This document shows, piece by piece, positions 8,248-18,500 of a stretch of 64,000 nucleotides of DNA. This DNA is from Thermoplasmata archaeon (GTDB taxonomy: Archaea; Thermoplasmatota; Thermoplasmata; Lutacidiplasmatales; UBA184): NCBI GenBank assembly GCA_027306505.1, contig DAHUZP010000017.1, positions 47,244 through 111,243 of the forward strand. Reading direction: 5' to 3'. The stretch's first letter is position 1, and every line of letters begins with the position of its first letter. The translations under genes and the position numbers were made by a program. Below the pieces are notes generated by a model. The model did not search any database, had not been told where the DNA came from, and saw nothing but the letters and a program-made list of their open reading frames with translations.

Positions 8248-9906
8248 ATGACCGCGACCCCGCTCACCGTCGCCCGCCGCTCCGAGAAGGAGGAAGACCT
8301 CAGGGAGCCGCTCAACCTGGAGCTGAAGGGGGAGACGCTCGAGCTCCACGGGCCCGTGCCCGCCCACCTCGCGCCAGTGGTGACCGCGGACGCGCTCCGC
8401 TTCGTCGCCTCCCTCGCCGAGCGCTTCGAGTCCCGTCGCAACGACCTGCTCTCCCGCCGCGAGGTCTACCAGGCCGCGATGGACGAGGGCGGCCTCCCCG
8501 GCTTCGATCCAACTTCCGAGGAGGTCCGCCGCTCCTCCTGGCAGGTCGCCCCTCCCCCCGCGGAGCTGCGGGACCGGCGGATCGAGATCACCGGGCCCAC
8601 CGACCGGAAGATGGTGATCAACGCTCTCAACAGCGGGGCGCACGTCTACATGGCCGACCTGGAGGATGCCCACACCCCCCTCTGGAGGCAGACCCTGGAA
8701 GGTCAGCGGACCCTCTACGACGCCGTGCGCGGCCAGCTGGAGCACTGGACGGCCGAGGGGAAGCACTACGCGCTGCGCTCCCCGCACGCGGTCCTCATGG
8801 TCCGCCCCCGCGGGTGGCACCTGGACGAGAAGGGGCTCACCTTCGGGGGCGAAGCGGTCCCGGCCTCCCTGTTCGACCTCGGCCTCTACGTGCACGCGAA
8901 CGCCCAGGCTCTTCAGGCGGCGGGCTCAGGGACCTACCTCTACCTGCCCAAGCTCCAGAGTGGGAGGGAGGCCGCCCTCTGGGAGGAGGTCCTCTCCTTC
9001 ACCGAAGAGGCGAAGGGTCTCGCCCCCGGGAGCATCCGGTGCACGGTCCTCATCGAGACCCTGCCCGCGCTCTTCCAGATGCACGAGATCCTGCACGCGC
9101 TGCGGCGCCGGGTGCTCGGGCTCAACTTCGGCCGCTGGGACTACCTCTTCAGTTTCATCAAGACCCTGAGGGCCCACGCCGACCGGGTCCTCCCTGACCG
9201 TTCCCTGCTCACCATGGACACCCCCTTCATGCAGCAGGCCTCCCGCTACCTCGTGCGGACCTGCCACGAGCGGGGGGCCCAGGCGATCGGGGGCATGGCG
9301 GCGGACATCCCGGTGCGCGACGATGCGGACCTCCACAGCGAGGCCGTGGGACGGGTCAGCGCGGACAAGCGCCGCGAGCTCGAGCACGGCTACGACGGGA
9401 CCTGGATCGCCCACCCCGGGCTCGTGTCGGTGGTCTCGAAGGTCTTCGACGCTCCCCGTCCTCCCATATCCCCCTCCCTCCCCGGACCCGACCCCGACCC
9501 CGCCCCGTTCTTGTCGCCCCCGCCTGGGAACGCGAGCCCCCAGGGGGTCGCGGCGGACGTGAACGCGGCGGTGCAGTACCTGGAGTCCTGGCTCCGGGGG
9601 GTCGGGGCGGCGGCGATCCACAACCGGATGGAGGACACCGCAACGGCCGAGATCTGCCGCACCCAGCTCTGGCAGTGGGTCCACCTCGCGGTGACCCTGT
9701 CCGATGGGCGGACCCTCACCCCCTCCCTCTTCCAAGCGATGCTGACCGGCGAGCTTGGGGTCATCCGAGAGGAGGTCGGTCAGGAGCGCTACGCACGCGG
9801 GCGGTACGCTCACGCTGGTCAGCTGCTGCAGGAACTGGTCCTCTCCCCGGAGCTTGAAGAGTTCCTGACGCTCCACGCCGGACCCTGGCTGGAGCGAGCC
9901 CCCTAG
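8248..9906 (+). CDS. aceB: Malate synthase A
   Basis: ...[32 protein letters not shown]... and overall colinearity with AceB. Contains a Pro-rich insertion ([17 protein letters not shown]). Confidence 0.85.
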   Translation: MTATPLTVARRSEKEEDLREPLNLELKGETLELHGPVPAHLAPVVTADALRFVASLAERFESRRNDLLSRREVYQAAMDEGGLPGFDPTSEEVRRSSWQVAPPPAELRDRRIEITGPTDRKMVINALNSGAHVYMADLEDAHTPLWRQTLEGQRTLYDAVRGQLEHWTAEGKHYALRSPHAVLMVRPRGWHLDEKGLTFGGEAVPASLFDLGLYVHANAQALQAAGSGTYLYLPKLQSGREAALWEEVLSFTEEAKGLAPGSIRCTVLIETLPALFQMHEILHALRRRVLGLNFGRWDYLFSFIKTLRAHADRVLPDRSLLTMDTPFMQQASRYLVRTCHERGAQAIGGMAADIPVRDDADLHSEAVGRVSADKRRELEHGYDGTWIAHPGLVSVVSKVFDAPRPPISPSLPGPDPDPAPFLSPPPGNASPQGVAADVNAAVQYLESWLRGVGAAAIHNRMEDTATAEICRTQLWQWVHLAVTLSDGRTLTPSLFQAMLTGELGVIREEVGQERYARGRYAHAGQLLQELVLSPELEEFLTLHAGPWLERAP

Positions 9907-9916
9907 GACCGAACCC

Positions 9917-11254
9917 ATGATGCGAGAAGGAATGAAGGACGCGAACCAACTGGCGGCGAGCTGGCGAAAGGAAGAGAAGTGGCGGGGGATCTTCCGTCCG
10001 TACAAGGCGGAGGACGTGGTCCGGCTACGGGGGACGCTGCCGATCCGCTACACGCTCGCCGAGCTCGGGGCGGAGAAGCTCTGGCACCAGATCGCGACGC
10101 AGCCCTTCGTCCCGGCCCTGGGGGCCCAGACGGGGAACCAGGCGGTCCAGATGGTCCAGGCGGGCCTCCCGGCGATCTACGTGAGCGGCTGGCAGGTCGC
10201 GGCCGACAACAACGAGGCGGACGAGACCTACCCCGACCAGAGCCTCTACCCCTCCGACAGCGTCCCACATCTGGTCCGTCGGATCAACAACGCCTTCAAG
10301 CGCCAGGACGAGCGCAAGCACGCCCTCACCACGGAGCCGATCGATTGGTTCGCCCCGATCGTCGCGGACGCCGAGGCGGGCTTCGGGGGGCCCCTCAACG
10401 CCTTCGAGGTCATGAAGGACATGATCGAGGCGGGCGCCGCCGGGGTGCACCTGGAGGACCAGCTCTCCAACGCGAAGAAGTGCGGCCACCTGGGCGGGAA
10501 GGTCCTGGTGCCGGCCCGGGAGTTCATCTGGAAGCTCACCGCCGCCCGCCTCGCGGCGGACGTGATGGACGTCCCCACCCTCCTCATCGCCCGGACCGAC
10601 GCGCTCAACGCGCGCATCGTGACCAACGACGTGGACCCGGTGGACCAACCCTTCCTCAACGGGAAGCGGACCTACGAGGGCTACTACGAGTACAAGGGCG
10701 GCATCGAGTGCGCGATTGCCCGCGGCATCGCCTACGCCCCGTTCGCGGACATGGTCTGGTTCGAGACCTCCTCGCCCGACCCGGAGGAGGCCCGCACCTT
10801 CGCCCAGGCGCTCCACGCGAAGTTCCCGGGGAAGCCTCTCGCCTACAACTGCTCCCCTTCCTTCCACTGGAAGAAGAAGCTCTCCGACGAGCAGATCTCG
10901 AGGTTCATGAGCGACCTCGGTGAGCTGGGCTACAAGTTCCAGTTCATCACCCTCGCCGGGTTCCACTCGCTCAACTACCACATCTTCGAGCTCGCCCGCG
11001 CCTACCGCTCCCAGGGCATGAGCGCCTACGCCAGGTTCCAGGAGCTCGAGTTCGCGACGGTCCCGCACGGCTACAAGGCGGTGGCCCACCAGGCGTTCGT
11101 CGGCACGGACTACTTCGACGAGGTGGCCCAGGTCATCTCCGGCGGGGAGGCCTCCACCCTCGCCATGGAGGGGTCCACCGAGCGCGAGCAGTTCACCACC
11201 CCGCGCACCAAGGCGGCCCCCGGGGGCAAGCCCAAGGTCGCCGCGGCGCGATAG
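9917..11254 (+). CDS. aceA: Isocitrate lyase
   Basis: [13 protein letters not shown] signature and full-length ICL similarity. 11 nt after the aceB stop. Confidence 0.9.
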   Translation: MMREGMKDANQLAASWRKEEKWRGIFRPYKAEDVVRLRGTLPIRYTLAELGAEKLWHQIATQPFVPALGAQTGNQAVQMVQAGLPAIYVSGWQVAADNNEADETYPDQSLYPSDSVPHLVRRINNAFKRQDERKHALTTEPIDWFAPIVADAEAGFGGPLNAFEVMKDMIEAGAAGVHLEDQLSNAKKCGHLGGKVLVPAREFIWKLTAARLAADVMDVPTLLIARTDALNARIVTNDVDPVDQPFLNGKRTYEGYYEYKGGIECAIARGIAYAPFADMVWFETSSPDPEEARTFAQALHAKFPGKPLAYNCSPSFHWKKKLSDEQISRFMSDLGELGYKFQFITLAGFHSLNYHIFELARAYRSQGMSAYARFQELEFATVPHGYKAVAHQAFVGTDYFDEVAQVISGGEASTLAMEGSTEREQFTTPRTKAAPGGKPKVAAAR

Positions 11255-11320
11255 GTGACCTCCGTCCCTACCGCCCATTGTTGCCCCAAGGCCCCGCTGT
11301 GTCGACGGAAAGGGAGCCCC

Positions 11321-12469
11321 ATGCCTCGGCCCCTCGCGCACCGTCCGGCAAGGGGGGGGTCCAGGTCTAGGAGGACGGCGAGCGCGACAGGGGCCCGGTC
11401 CTCCCGGTCCTCCCAAGGCGGGACCGGGAAGCTCGCACCCTCCGAGCTTGCCCGGTCCGTCCTCGACCACCTGGGGCCCTTTCCCCCCAACGTCGTCGTC
11501 CCCCCGCGCACGGGCGTGGACGTCGGCGCGGTGCGCCTGCCGGGGACGGGACAGGTCCTGCTCCTGACGACGGACCCGGTGTATGTCGACCCGGACCTGG
11601 GCTGGGAGGACGCGAGCTGGTTCGCCTTTCACATCTTGGCGAGCGACCTATCGACCTCGGGCGTCCGACCCACCCTCATCACCCTCGACCTCAACCTGCC
11701 CCCGGGGACGCCTCGTTCGACGATCGAGAGGATCGTGCGGACCTTCTCCGAGGAGGCTCGGAAGCTCCGTGCGACGATCGTGACCGGGCACACTGGCCGG
11801 TACGAGGGGTGCGCCTTCCCTCTCGTAGGGGGGTCGACCTTCGCCGCCCTCGCCCCGGCCCGGGGCTACGTCACCTCCGCGATGGCCCGGGCGGGGGACG
11901 TGCTGCTCATGAGCGGGAGCGTCGCGCTCGAGACCGGGGTGCTCCTCGCCCGGAAACTTCCCGGCCCAGCCGCTCGTCTCCTCGGTCGGACGGCCCATCG
12001 GTCGCTCTCCTCCTCGCTCCGGGCTCTCACCACGGTCCCAGCCGCGCTCTCCGCCGCCCGCGCGGTCGGGCTTCGTGGTCGCGGGGTCCACGCGATGCAC
12101 GACTGCACCGAGGGGGGCGTCCTCACGGCGGCGATGGAGATGACGCTCGCCTCCGGTCTACGGCTCGAGCTTCGAGGGAAGGACCTCCCGGTCCTCCCAG
12201 CCGTGGGGGCCCTTTGCGGGCACTTCGGTATCGAGCCCCTTTCCGCGAGCAGCGAAGGGACCCTGCTCGTCTCGGTCGACGCGAGGAGCGCCGATCGGGT
12301 CCTCTCGGTGTGGGCGAGGCGCGGGATCATGGGATGTCGGATCGGTCACTTCGGCCGCTCCCGGGCAGGTGGGGAGCTCCTCCTCGACGCGCGACGGGTC
12401 CGCTCCCCACCGCCGGACGGGTTCTGGCCCGCCTTTCAGCGGGCGCGCTCGAGGGGGGAGGGTCGCTAA
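11321..12469 (+). CDS. AIR-synthase-related (PurM/HypE/ThiL superfamily) protein
   Basis: ...GVDVGAVRL...LLLTTDPV... N-domain and ...TGHTGRYEG...GDVLLMSGSVALETG... C-domain are typical of the PurM-like fold. Start chosen at an internal Met and is uncertain. Confidence 0.55.
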   Translation: MPRPLAHRPARGGSRSRRTASATGARSSRSSQGGTGKLAPSELARSVLDHLGPFPPNVVVPPRTGVDVGAVRLPGTGQVLLLTTDPVYVDPDLGWEDASWFAFHILASDLSTSGVRPTLITLDLNLPPGTPRSTIERIVRTFSEEARKLRATIVTGHTGRYEGCAFPLVGGSTFAALAPARGYVTSAMARAGDVLLMSGSVALETGVLLARKLPGPAARLLGRTAHRSLSSSLRALTTVPAALSAARAVGLRGRGVHAMHDCTEGGVLTAAMEMTLASGLRLELRGKDLPVLPAVGALCGHFGIEPLSASSEGTLLVSVDARSADRVLSVWARRGIMGCRIGHFGRSRAGGELLLDARRVRSPPPDGFWPAFQRARSRGEGR

Positions 12470-12557
12470 GGCCTGCCCGTGGCGTTCCTCCGGGAACCCA
12501 TCCGGCCTTTCGCCCCAGGGTCAAATTCTTCCTATTAGAAATCGCGAGGCGACTTCA

Positions 12558-12574
12558 GGTTCCGTAACGGAACC
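12558..12574. promoter_or_regulatory. Inverted repeat GGTTCCG-TAA-CGGAACC upstream of the 12612 gene
   Basis: Perfect 7-bp arms with a 3-nt spacer in the AT-richer intergenic region, about 40 nt before the GGAGGGGG SD. Confidence 0.4.
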
Positions 12575-12611
12575 TTCTGTCTACGTACCTCCTTGGTTCC
12601 TTGGAGGGGGC

Positions 12612-13859
12612 ATGGAGCGAATCGGGGTCTTTTCCCAAACTCGGCCAGGCATCCGTACCCGGGAGTATGGAGCGAACGCGGAGCGCCAGGGTGACCGGCC
12701 CTGGACGTCCGTGGAGGCAGGGCTCTCGGCGAGCTTCCTCACCGACATGAGCGCGCCCCCGGCTCTCCTCCCTCCGCTGCGGACCCTCGTGCACCCCTGC
12801 ACCAGAGTTCCTTCCCCCGGTCCGGGCGGGCCCTCTCCCCGACCGACGTCCCTCCGAGCGCACTTCCTGGTACGGGAGACCCCTGGGGCCCGTCCGGTAC
12901 CAGCGTCCATCGAGCTGCCGATGGCCCTCCTCGACCCGGCCACCCGGCGTCTCCTCGGCCATTCCGTCCTGGAGACCCCCGGGGGAGTCCACCTTTTCCT
13001 GACCCTCCCGGATCGGTCGAACGGCATGCTCACGCCCACCGACCGCTCGCTTCGCTCCTTCACGACCCTGCCCCTGGAGCTCGCCTCCGATCGCCTGGTC
13101 CGCTTCCGGGCGCGCGAGGTCCTGCGGGAGGTGGCGCAGGCGCACCGGGTCGCCCACTTCGAGCTGGAGGAGCTCCGCTCGAGCGTCGTACGGGGCAACG
13201 AGGACTGGATCCAGGAGGCGCTCTTCACCCCCGTGCAGGTGCCCGAGGCTGCCCTCTTCTCCAGTCCGGTCGATGGGGAGATCTGGCGCACCCTCCAGGG
13301 GAGCTTCCCCCCCGCGACCCGGCTCGCGTTCACCGACGAGGTTCCCGGCCTCGTTCGCCGCTGGTGGCAGGTCGGGGACAGTCAGCTCGTCCGGACCACC
13401 CCGCATGGCTTCCGCGCGGACCTCGTGGAGGGCATGGTCCGGGGCCTCGCGGCCCGTTTCCAACGGACCGAGGGAGCCCTGGTCGCCTTCGAGGGGACGG
13501 AGGACCTGCTGAAGCTCCTTCCCCTGTCGGACCTCGAGCGGCTCATCCAGGGGGTCCGCGAGGCCGCGGAGGCCCACCACGGGCACGCCTGGATCTCCTG
13601 GGACCCTTCCTGGATGCCCCCGGAGGCCGGACGGGTCCTGGGGCGCGGGTTCTCCCCGATCGCCCCGGCGAACCGCGTAGCATGGACCCTGGACGGCGTC
13701 GGCGAGGATTCCCGCCTCGTCCCGGCCGTCATGGCCCTCCCGCGTCCGTCCTCCCGCTCCACCGCCACACCTTCGGGCCGCTCCTCGCAGGTGCCTACGC
13801 TCGGGGACTGGCTCCGCTCCTCCTCCCTTCCGTCGGTCGCGGAGCCCCTGCTCGCCTAG
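12612..13859 (+). CDS. Hypothetical protein
   Basis: 415-aa ORF from an ATG preceded by a strong SD (GGAGGGGG). No recognisable motifs. Confidence 0.5.
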   Translation: MERIGVFSQTRPGIRTREYGANAERQGDRPWTSVEAGLSASFLTDMSAPPALLPPLRTLVHPCTRVPSPGPGGPSPRPTSLRAHFLVRETPGARPVPASIELPMALLDPATRRLLGHSVLETPGGVHLFLTLPDRSNGMLTPTDRSLRSFTTLPLELASDRLVRFRAREVLREVAQAHRVAHFELEELRSSVVRGNEDWIQEALFTPVQVPEAALFSSPVDGEIWRTLQGSFPPATRLAFTDEVPGLVRRWWQVGDSQLVRTTPHGFRADLVEGMVRGLAARFQRTEGALVAFEGTEDLLKLLPLSDLERLIQGVREAAEAHHGHAWISWDPSWMPPEAGRVLGRGFSPIAPANRVAWTLDGVGEDSRLVPAVMALPRPSSRSTATPSGRSSQVPTLGDWLRSSSLPSVAEPLLA

Positions 13860-13924
13860 GGTGGTGAGGCTCCAGATACGGGAGGTCCCCGCCGGCGAAT
13901 GTGGCGCCCTCGGCCTTCACCGGC

Positions 13925-15235
13925 TCAGAGGAGAGCGTCCCAGAGCCGGGCGCCTCGCCGCAACGTCCGTTCGAGCCATCGGGGATCGACGTAGGCCGCG
14001 ACGGCCCAGGGGGTGATCGGCCGGGCGAGCAAGGTCGACCACATCCCCCCCTCGTGGACCAGATCGACGACCCTTCCCGCGTCCCAGATCCACAAGGGGT
14101 CGGAAGCCGAGGCGCCCCGGTCCCCCGAGGTCGCCCCTCGGTGGGTGGAGGCCAGGTCGAGCAGCACCGAGCCGAGAGGGGCCCCCAGCCGCTCGGCCAT
14201 GCGGTCCTCCGCGCGGCGCCGCTCGATGGGATCCCTTGCGAGACGTTCGAGGGCGCGCGTTCGCGGCTCCGCTTGGGCCCAGGAGAGGGTGAACGCGCGC
14301 TTGTAGAGCTCCCGGAGCTGGAAGCGTCGGGCGAACTCCGAGGCTCTACCGCCCTCTCGAAGCAGGTGGGAAAGGAGCTCCGCGTCGGTCAGCGCGAGGA
14401 GCGGCTCGATGTCGGGAAAGCTCTCGAGCCTCTCGAGGGCGGACTGGAGCATCACTTCGGCGATGCGGACGGTCTTGTTGTAGTAGACCGAGGAGTACAT
14501 GAGCGACCTCGCGAAGAGGAAGCCCTCCACCGCGGCCCGTCCCTTCTCGGCGAAGACGAGGTGTCCCCGGTCCAATCGTACCGTCTCAAGGAGGCGGTTC
14601 GCGTCGATGAACCCGTGGGCGACCCCGGTGTAGTGGGCGTCGCGTTGCAGGTAGTCCAGACGGTCCGCGTCGACCGAACCGTGGAGCATCTCGCTGCGGA
14701 AGGGCCTCGTACGGGGGCGGCGGGCGCGCAGCAGCTCCTGGACCTCCCGGGGCGAGAGGCCGTGTCGCTCCAGGACCTCCGGGATGGTCCGGTGGCGTGA
14801 GCCTGGCACTCCCTGGGCCATCGCGCTGAAGGAGGCCGGCGGGTCGCCTCGGAGGAGGGCCCCCGTCACGTCCTCGTGGCTCTGATGGGTCACTTCGTGG
14901 AGGACCGGCTCCAAGGTGTGGGAGAAGGGCGTGTGCCCGAGATCGTGGAGCAGCCCCGCGACCTCGAGCGGAAGCGCCTCCTCCGCCTCGAGCTCGATGC
15001 CCGCGGTCATCGCCCGGGTGACCCAGAGCACCCCCAGGGAGTGCTCGAGCCTGGTGTGGTTCGCCCCTGGGAAGACCAGGTGGGCGAGGCCGGTCTGGCG
15101 GATGCCCCACAGACGTTGGAGGAAGGGATGGGAGAGGAGCTCCAGGATCGGCCCGGTGAGCGGGACGGAGCCGTGAACCGGATCGTAGACGTACTTGCGT
15201 GGCCCTCGACCGACCGCCACGGACCCGCCGCCCAT
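13925..15235 (-). CDS. HD-domain phosphohydrolase (dGTPase/SAMHD1-like)
   Basis: ...NHTRLEHSLGVLWVTRAM... (His-Asp of the HD motif) and LLHDLGHTPFSHTLE. Start set at the Met before ...KYVYDPVHGSVPL... Confidence 0.75.
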   Translation of the reverse strand: MGGGSVAVGRGPRKYVYDPVHGSVPLTGPILELLSHPFLQRLWGIRQTGLAHLVFPGANHTRLEHSLGVLWVTRAMTAGIELEAEEALPLEVAGLLHDLGHTPFSHTLEPVLHEVTHQSHEDVTGALLRGDPPASFSAMAQGVPGSRHRTIPEVLERHGLSPREVQELLRARRPRTRPFRSEMLHGSVDADRLDYLQRDAHYTGVAHGFIDANRLLETVRLDRGHLVFAEKGRAAVEGFLFARSLMYSSVYYNKTVRIAEVMLQSALERLESFPDIEPLLALTDAELLSHLLREGGRASEFARRFQLRELYKRAFTLSWAQAEPRTRALERLARDPIERRRAEDRMAERLGAPLGSVLLDLASTHRGATSGDRGASASDPLWIWDAGRVVDLVHEGGMWSTLLARPITPWAVAAYVDPRWLERTLRRGARLWDALL

Positions 15236-15487
15236 CGCCGACCCCCGCCCGTCCTCACGGGACGAGTGCCCACCGAGAGGTCCGAGAAGAAGGTTCCGGC
15301 GACGAGGATGGGCGACGGGATGACCAGGGAAAGTGCCTCGCATAGCGGCGTCGAGGGCCGAAGGTGGGGTCGGGCGGAACGGTCGGAGGAGGCGGCCAGA
15401 GGGCGCCCCAGACCCGTACCGGGGAGGGCTTCTAGGGGTGCCTCAGCGCCCTCCGGAGCTACCCCCGCCCCTCAGAAGAGGTCGAAG

Positions 15488-15496
15488 CCTTAATCT
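15488..15496 (+). promoter_or_regulatory. TATA-like box (CTTAATCT) about 28 nt upstream of the TPR gene ATG
   Basis: AT-rich hexamer in a GC-rich context at archaeal leaderless spacing. Confidence 0.4.
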
Positions 15497-15521
15497 CGTA
15501 CCGTGGAAGTCCTGGGACAAG

Positions 15522-18500
15522 ATGGTTCAGCCTGCGGGCACGCCGGCCACGCCAGCCCTGGCCAAGGCGAGACAATGGTTCGAATCGGCGGAGTCCGCGC
15601 AGCAGGTCCAGGACTTTAACCGCCAGGGCGAGGCCCTCAAGGAGGTCCTCAACATCGCCAGGGACCGGTTCAACGAGCTCGCCTACCAACGTCAGGAGGC
15701 GGGAGAGCTCCTCGACAAGACCGCGCTCGCGTTCTATCGGCTCTCCATCGGCGACCAGGCGCTCCAGTCGGTGGAGTTCGCCCTCTCCTTCTCGCCGAAC
15801 TCGGCCTCTGCGCTGCAGCACAAGGCGATGATCCTCCTCTCGCTCAACCAGAACCTGGACCAGGTGCTGAACCTCCTGGACCGGGCCCTCTCGGTGAACC
15901 CGCACGACAAGGCGGTCTGGGCGACGAAGGGGGATGCGCTCAAGATCCTGGGCCGCCCGCAGGAGGCGGTCGAGTGCTACCTGCAAGCCCAGCAGCTCGA
16001 CGCGACCTCGACCCAGTACGTGGACCGGGCCCTCAAGCTGGTCCCGGGGCACCCGAAGGCGCTGCGGGTGAAGCTCGCGCTCGCGATGACCCTGGGAGGG
16101 GTCAAGCAGGCGACGGAGACGTGCGACCAGCTCCTCCAGTCCAACCCCTCCGACCCTGAGCTGCACTTCACCAAGGCGAACCTGCTCGCCTCCTCCGGTG
16201 ACCTCAACCCGGCGCTGGAGTCCCTCGAGAAGGCGATCCAGCTCAAGCCGGACGACCCACGCTACCTCTTCCTCAAGGCCCGCGTCCTGCTCGCGCTCCA
16301 GCGCAACGACGAGGCCTTCGCGCTCTACCGCTCGCTCCTCGACAAGAAGGCGGACGTGGACCCCGCGCTCCTCCTGGAGCTCGCCTCGACGCTGGAGACG
16401 ATGAACCTCCAGCCGCAGCTCCTGGTCGAGGTCCGACGCCGCGTGAAGGAGCTCGACCCCCGCAACCTCGCGAACCTCCAGGTCCTGCGCACCACCGCGC
16501 TCAAGTACGACCGGAAGGACGTCGCGATGGAGGCCTGCGAAGCGCTCCTCGTCCTCTCTCCGCACAACCTGGAGGCCGAGCGGACGCTCGGGGAGCTGCT
16601 CTCCACCACGGGCCAGCTCGAGGGGGCGCTACGCGTCTACCAGGAGATCGTCCAGGCCCACCCCACCGAGGTGGAGGAGTTCCGGAAGGGGCTCAAGCTC
16701 GCGAAGCAGAACCGCAAGGCCCCCTACGTGGTGTTCTTCTCGCGCGCCATCCTCGCCCAGAACGCCTCCGACGCGCCGGCCGCCGAGGAGCTCGCGCAGG
16801 CGTTGACCTCGCTCGGGCAGCGCGAGGAAGCGCTGCAGGTCTACGACCACATCCTGCGGATCAGCCCGGACAACATCACGATCCTCCTCCAGAAGAAGGC
16901 GCTCCTGCAGGCGATGGGCCGGGTCGACGAGATCCCGGCGCTGCTCGACCGGATCTTCGAGAAGGACCCCTCCCGCTACGACGTCGCGCTGGAGCGGGGG
17001 AACCTCTACCTCTCCCGAGCCTACAAGACCGCGGAGGCGGCCCCCGAGCGCAAGGGACTCGCGACGGAGGCCCTTCGGAGCTACGAGCGCTCCTCCCTTT
17101 CCTCCGAGTTCCACAACGTGAGCCTGCTCGGCGCGGCGCGGGCGGCGAAGCTGCTCGCGAACGTCGACCGGGCGATCGACGGGTACCGGGAGTTCCTGGG
17201 GGACCCTTCGAACGCGACCCGCGGGGACATCTTCAAGGAGCTCGGGCACACGCTGCGGGAGGTCTCGCGGAACGCGGAAGCCGAGCAGGCCTACGCGAAG
17301 GCGATCGAGCTCGGTCGCGAGGACACCGACCTCATCTGGGGGATGGAGGAGGTCCTCTCCGCCCTCAACCAGGACGCGAAGGCGCTCCACTACGTCGAGA
17401 TCCTGCTCCAGCGGGAGCCTCAGAACCCGCTCTTCCTCCGCCGGCGCGGCCGCCTCCTGCTGCGCCTCGGCCGCCGCGGCGAGGGGGTCCAGATCCTCAA
17501 GAACGCCCTCTCCCCGCAGGAGCGCGACCCCATCGCCTACTTCGAGGTCGCGGACGCGCTCAAGGAGCAGGGGGCCTACGCGGACGCCCTCCCCTACTAC
17601 CAGAAGGGGATCCAGCTGGACCCCGGGAACAAACTGGGGACCCTCTCGCTCGCCGAGACGCTCATGCTCGCCGGGCGCTTCACGGAGGCCGCGAGCGCGG
17701 TGGACACGATCCTGCGCACCGACGCCTACGACCTCAGGCCGTGGAAGCTGCGGGCGGACATCTACCGGTCGCTGCAACGCGACACCGAGGTCCTCTACTC
17801 GCTCAAGGCCATCCTGCTGCTCGAACCGGACAACGCGACGGTCTGGGAGGAGAAGTACCGCATCCACATCGCCCGCAACGAGAAGGTGGACGCCTACGAT
17901 TGCCTCACGAACCTCCTCGCCCATCCCCCCGAGAAGGGGAACTTCTCGCAGTTCTGGCTCGCCCACGGGGACCTCGCGCTGGAGCTCGGGAAGACCGACG
18001 ACGCGATCGCGAGCTACGACAAGGCGGTCGCCGCGTCCCCCGCGGTGAAGCTCGAGGTGGCCTATCGCAAGGCCGGGGTGGAGGAGAAGCAGACCCGCTA
18101 CTCCGACGCGCTCACCACCCTCGAGGTGTTCGGGAACCAACCCTTCCCTCCCGAGGTCGGGGAGGAGCTAGGCTCGCGCGTGCTCCTCATGCGCGGCCGG
18201 ATCGCCTTCCACCTGGAGCGCTTCCAGGAGGCGCTCGACATCTTCCAGGACCTGGCGCAGCGCAAGGGCTCCGACAAGGAGATCGCCCTCTGGTACGTCC
18301 GGGCCCTGCTCGAGATGGGGGAGCACGCGAAGGCGCGCGACTTCCTCGAGCAGAACCTGGAGTCGCTCGCGACCCAGCCGGAGACCTACCTCCACCTCTC
18401 GGAGGCCGAGGCAGGGCTGGGCTCCCTGCCCCGGGCGGTCGACGCCTGTCTCAAGGGGCTCGAGAAGCATCCCACCAACGTCGCGGTCCTGGTCCGCCTG

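Noticed and set aside
8017-11632. Long minus-strand ORFs (292, 359, 535 aa) across aceB/aceA
   Set aside because: Antisense to strongly supported malate synthase and isocitrate lyase. Compositionally biased.
15575-15590. GGTTCGAATC motif resembling a tRNA T-loop
   Set aside because: It lies inside the TPR coding frame with no acceptor or anticodon arms around it.
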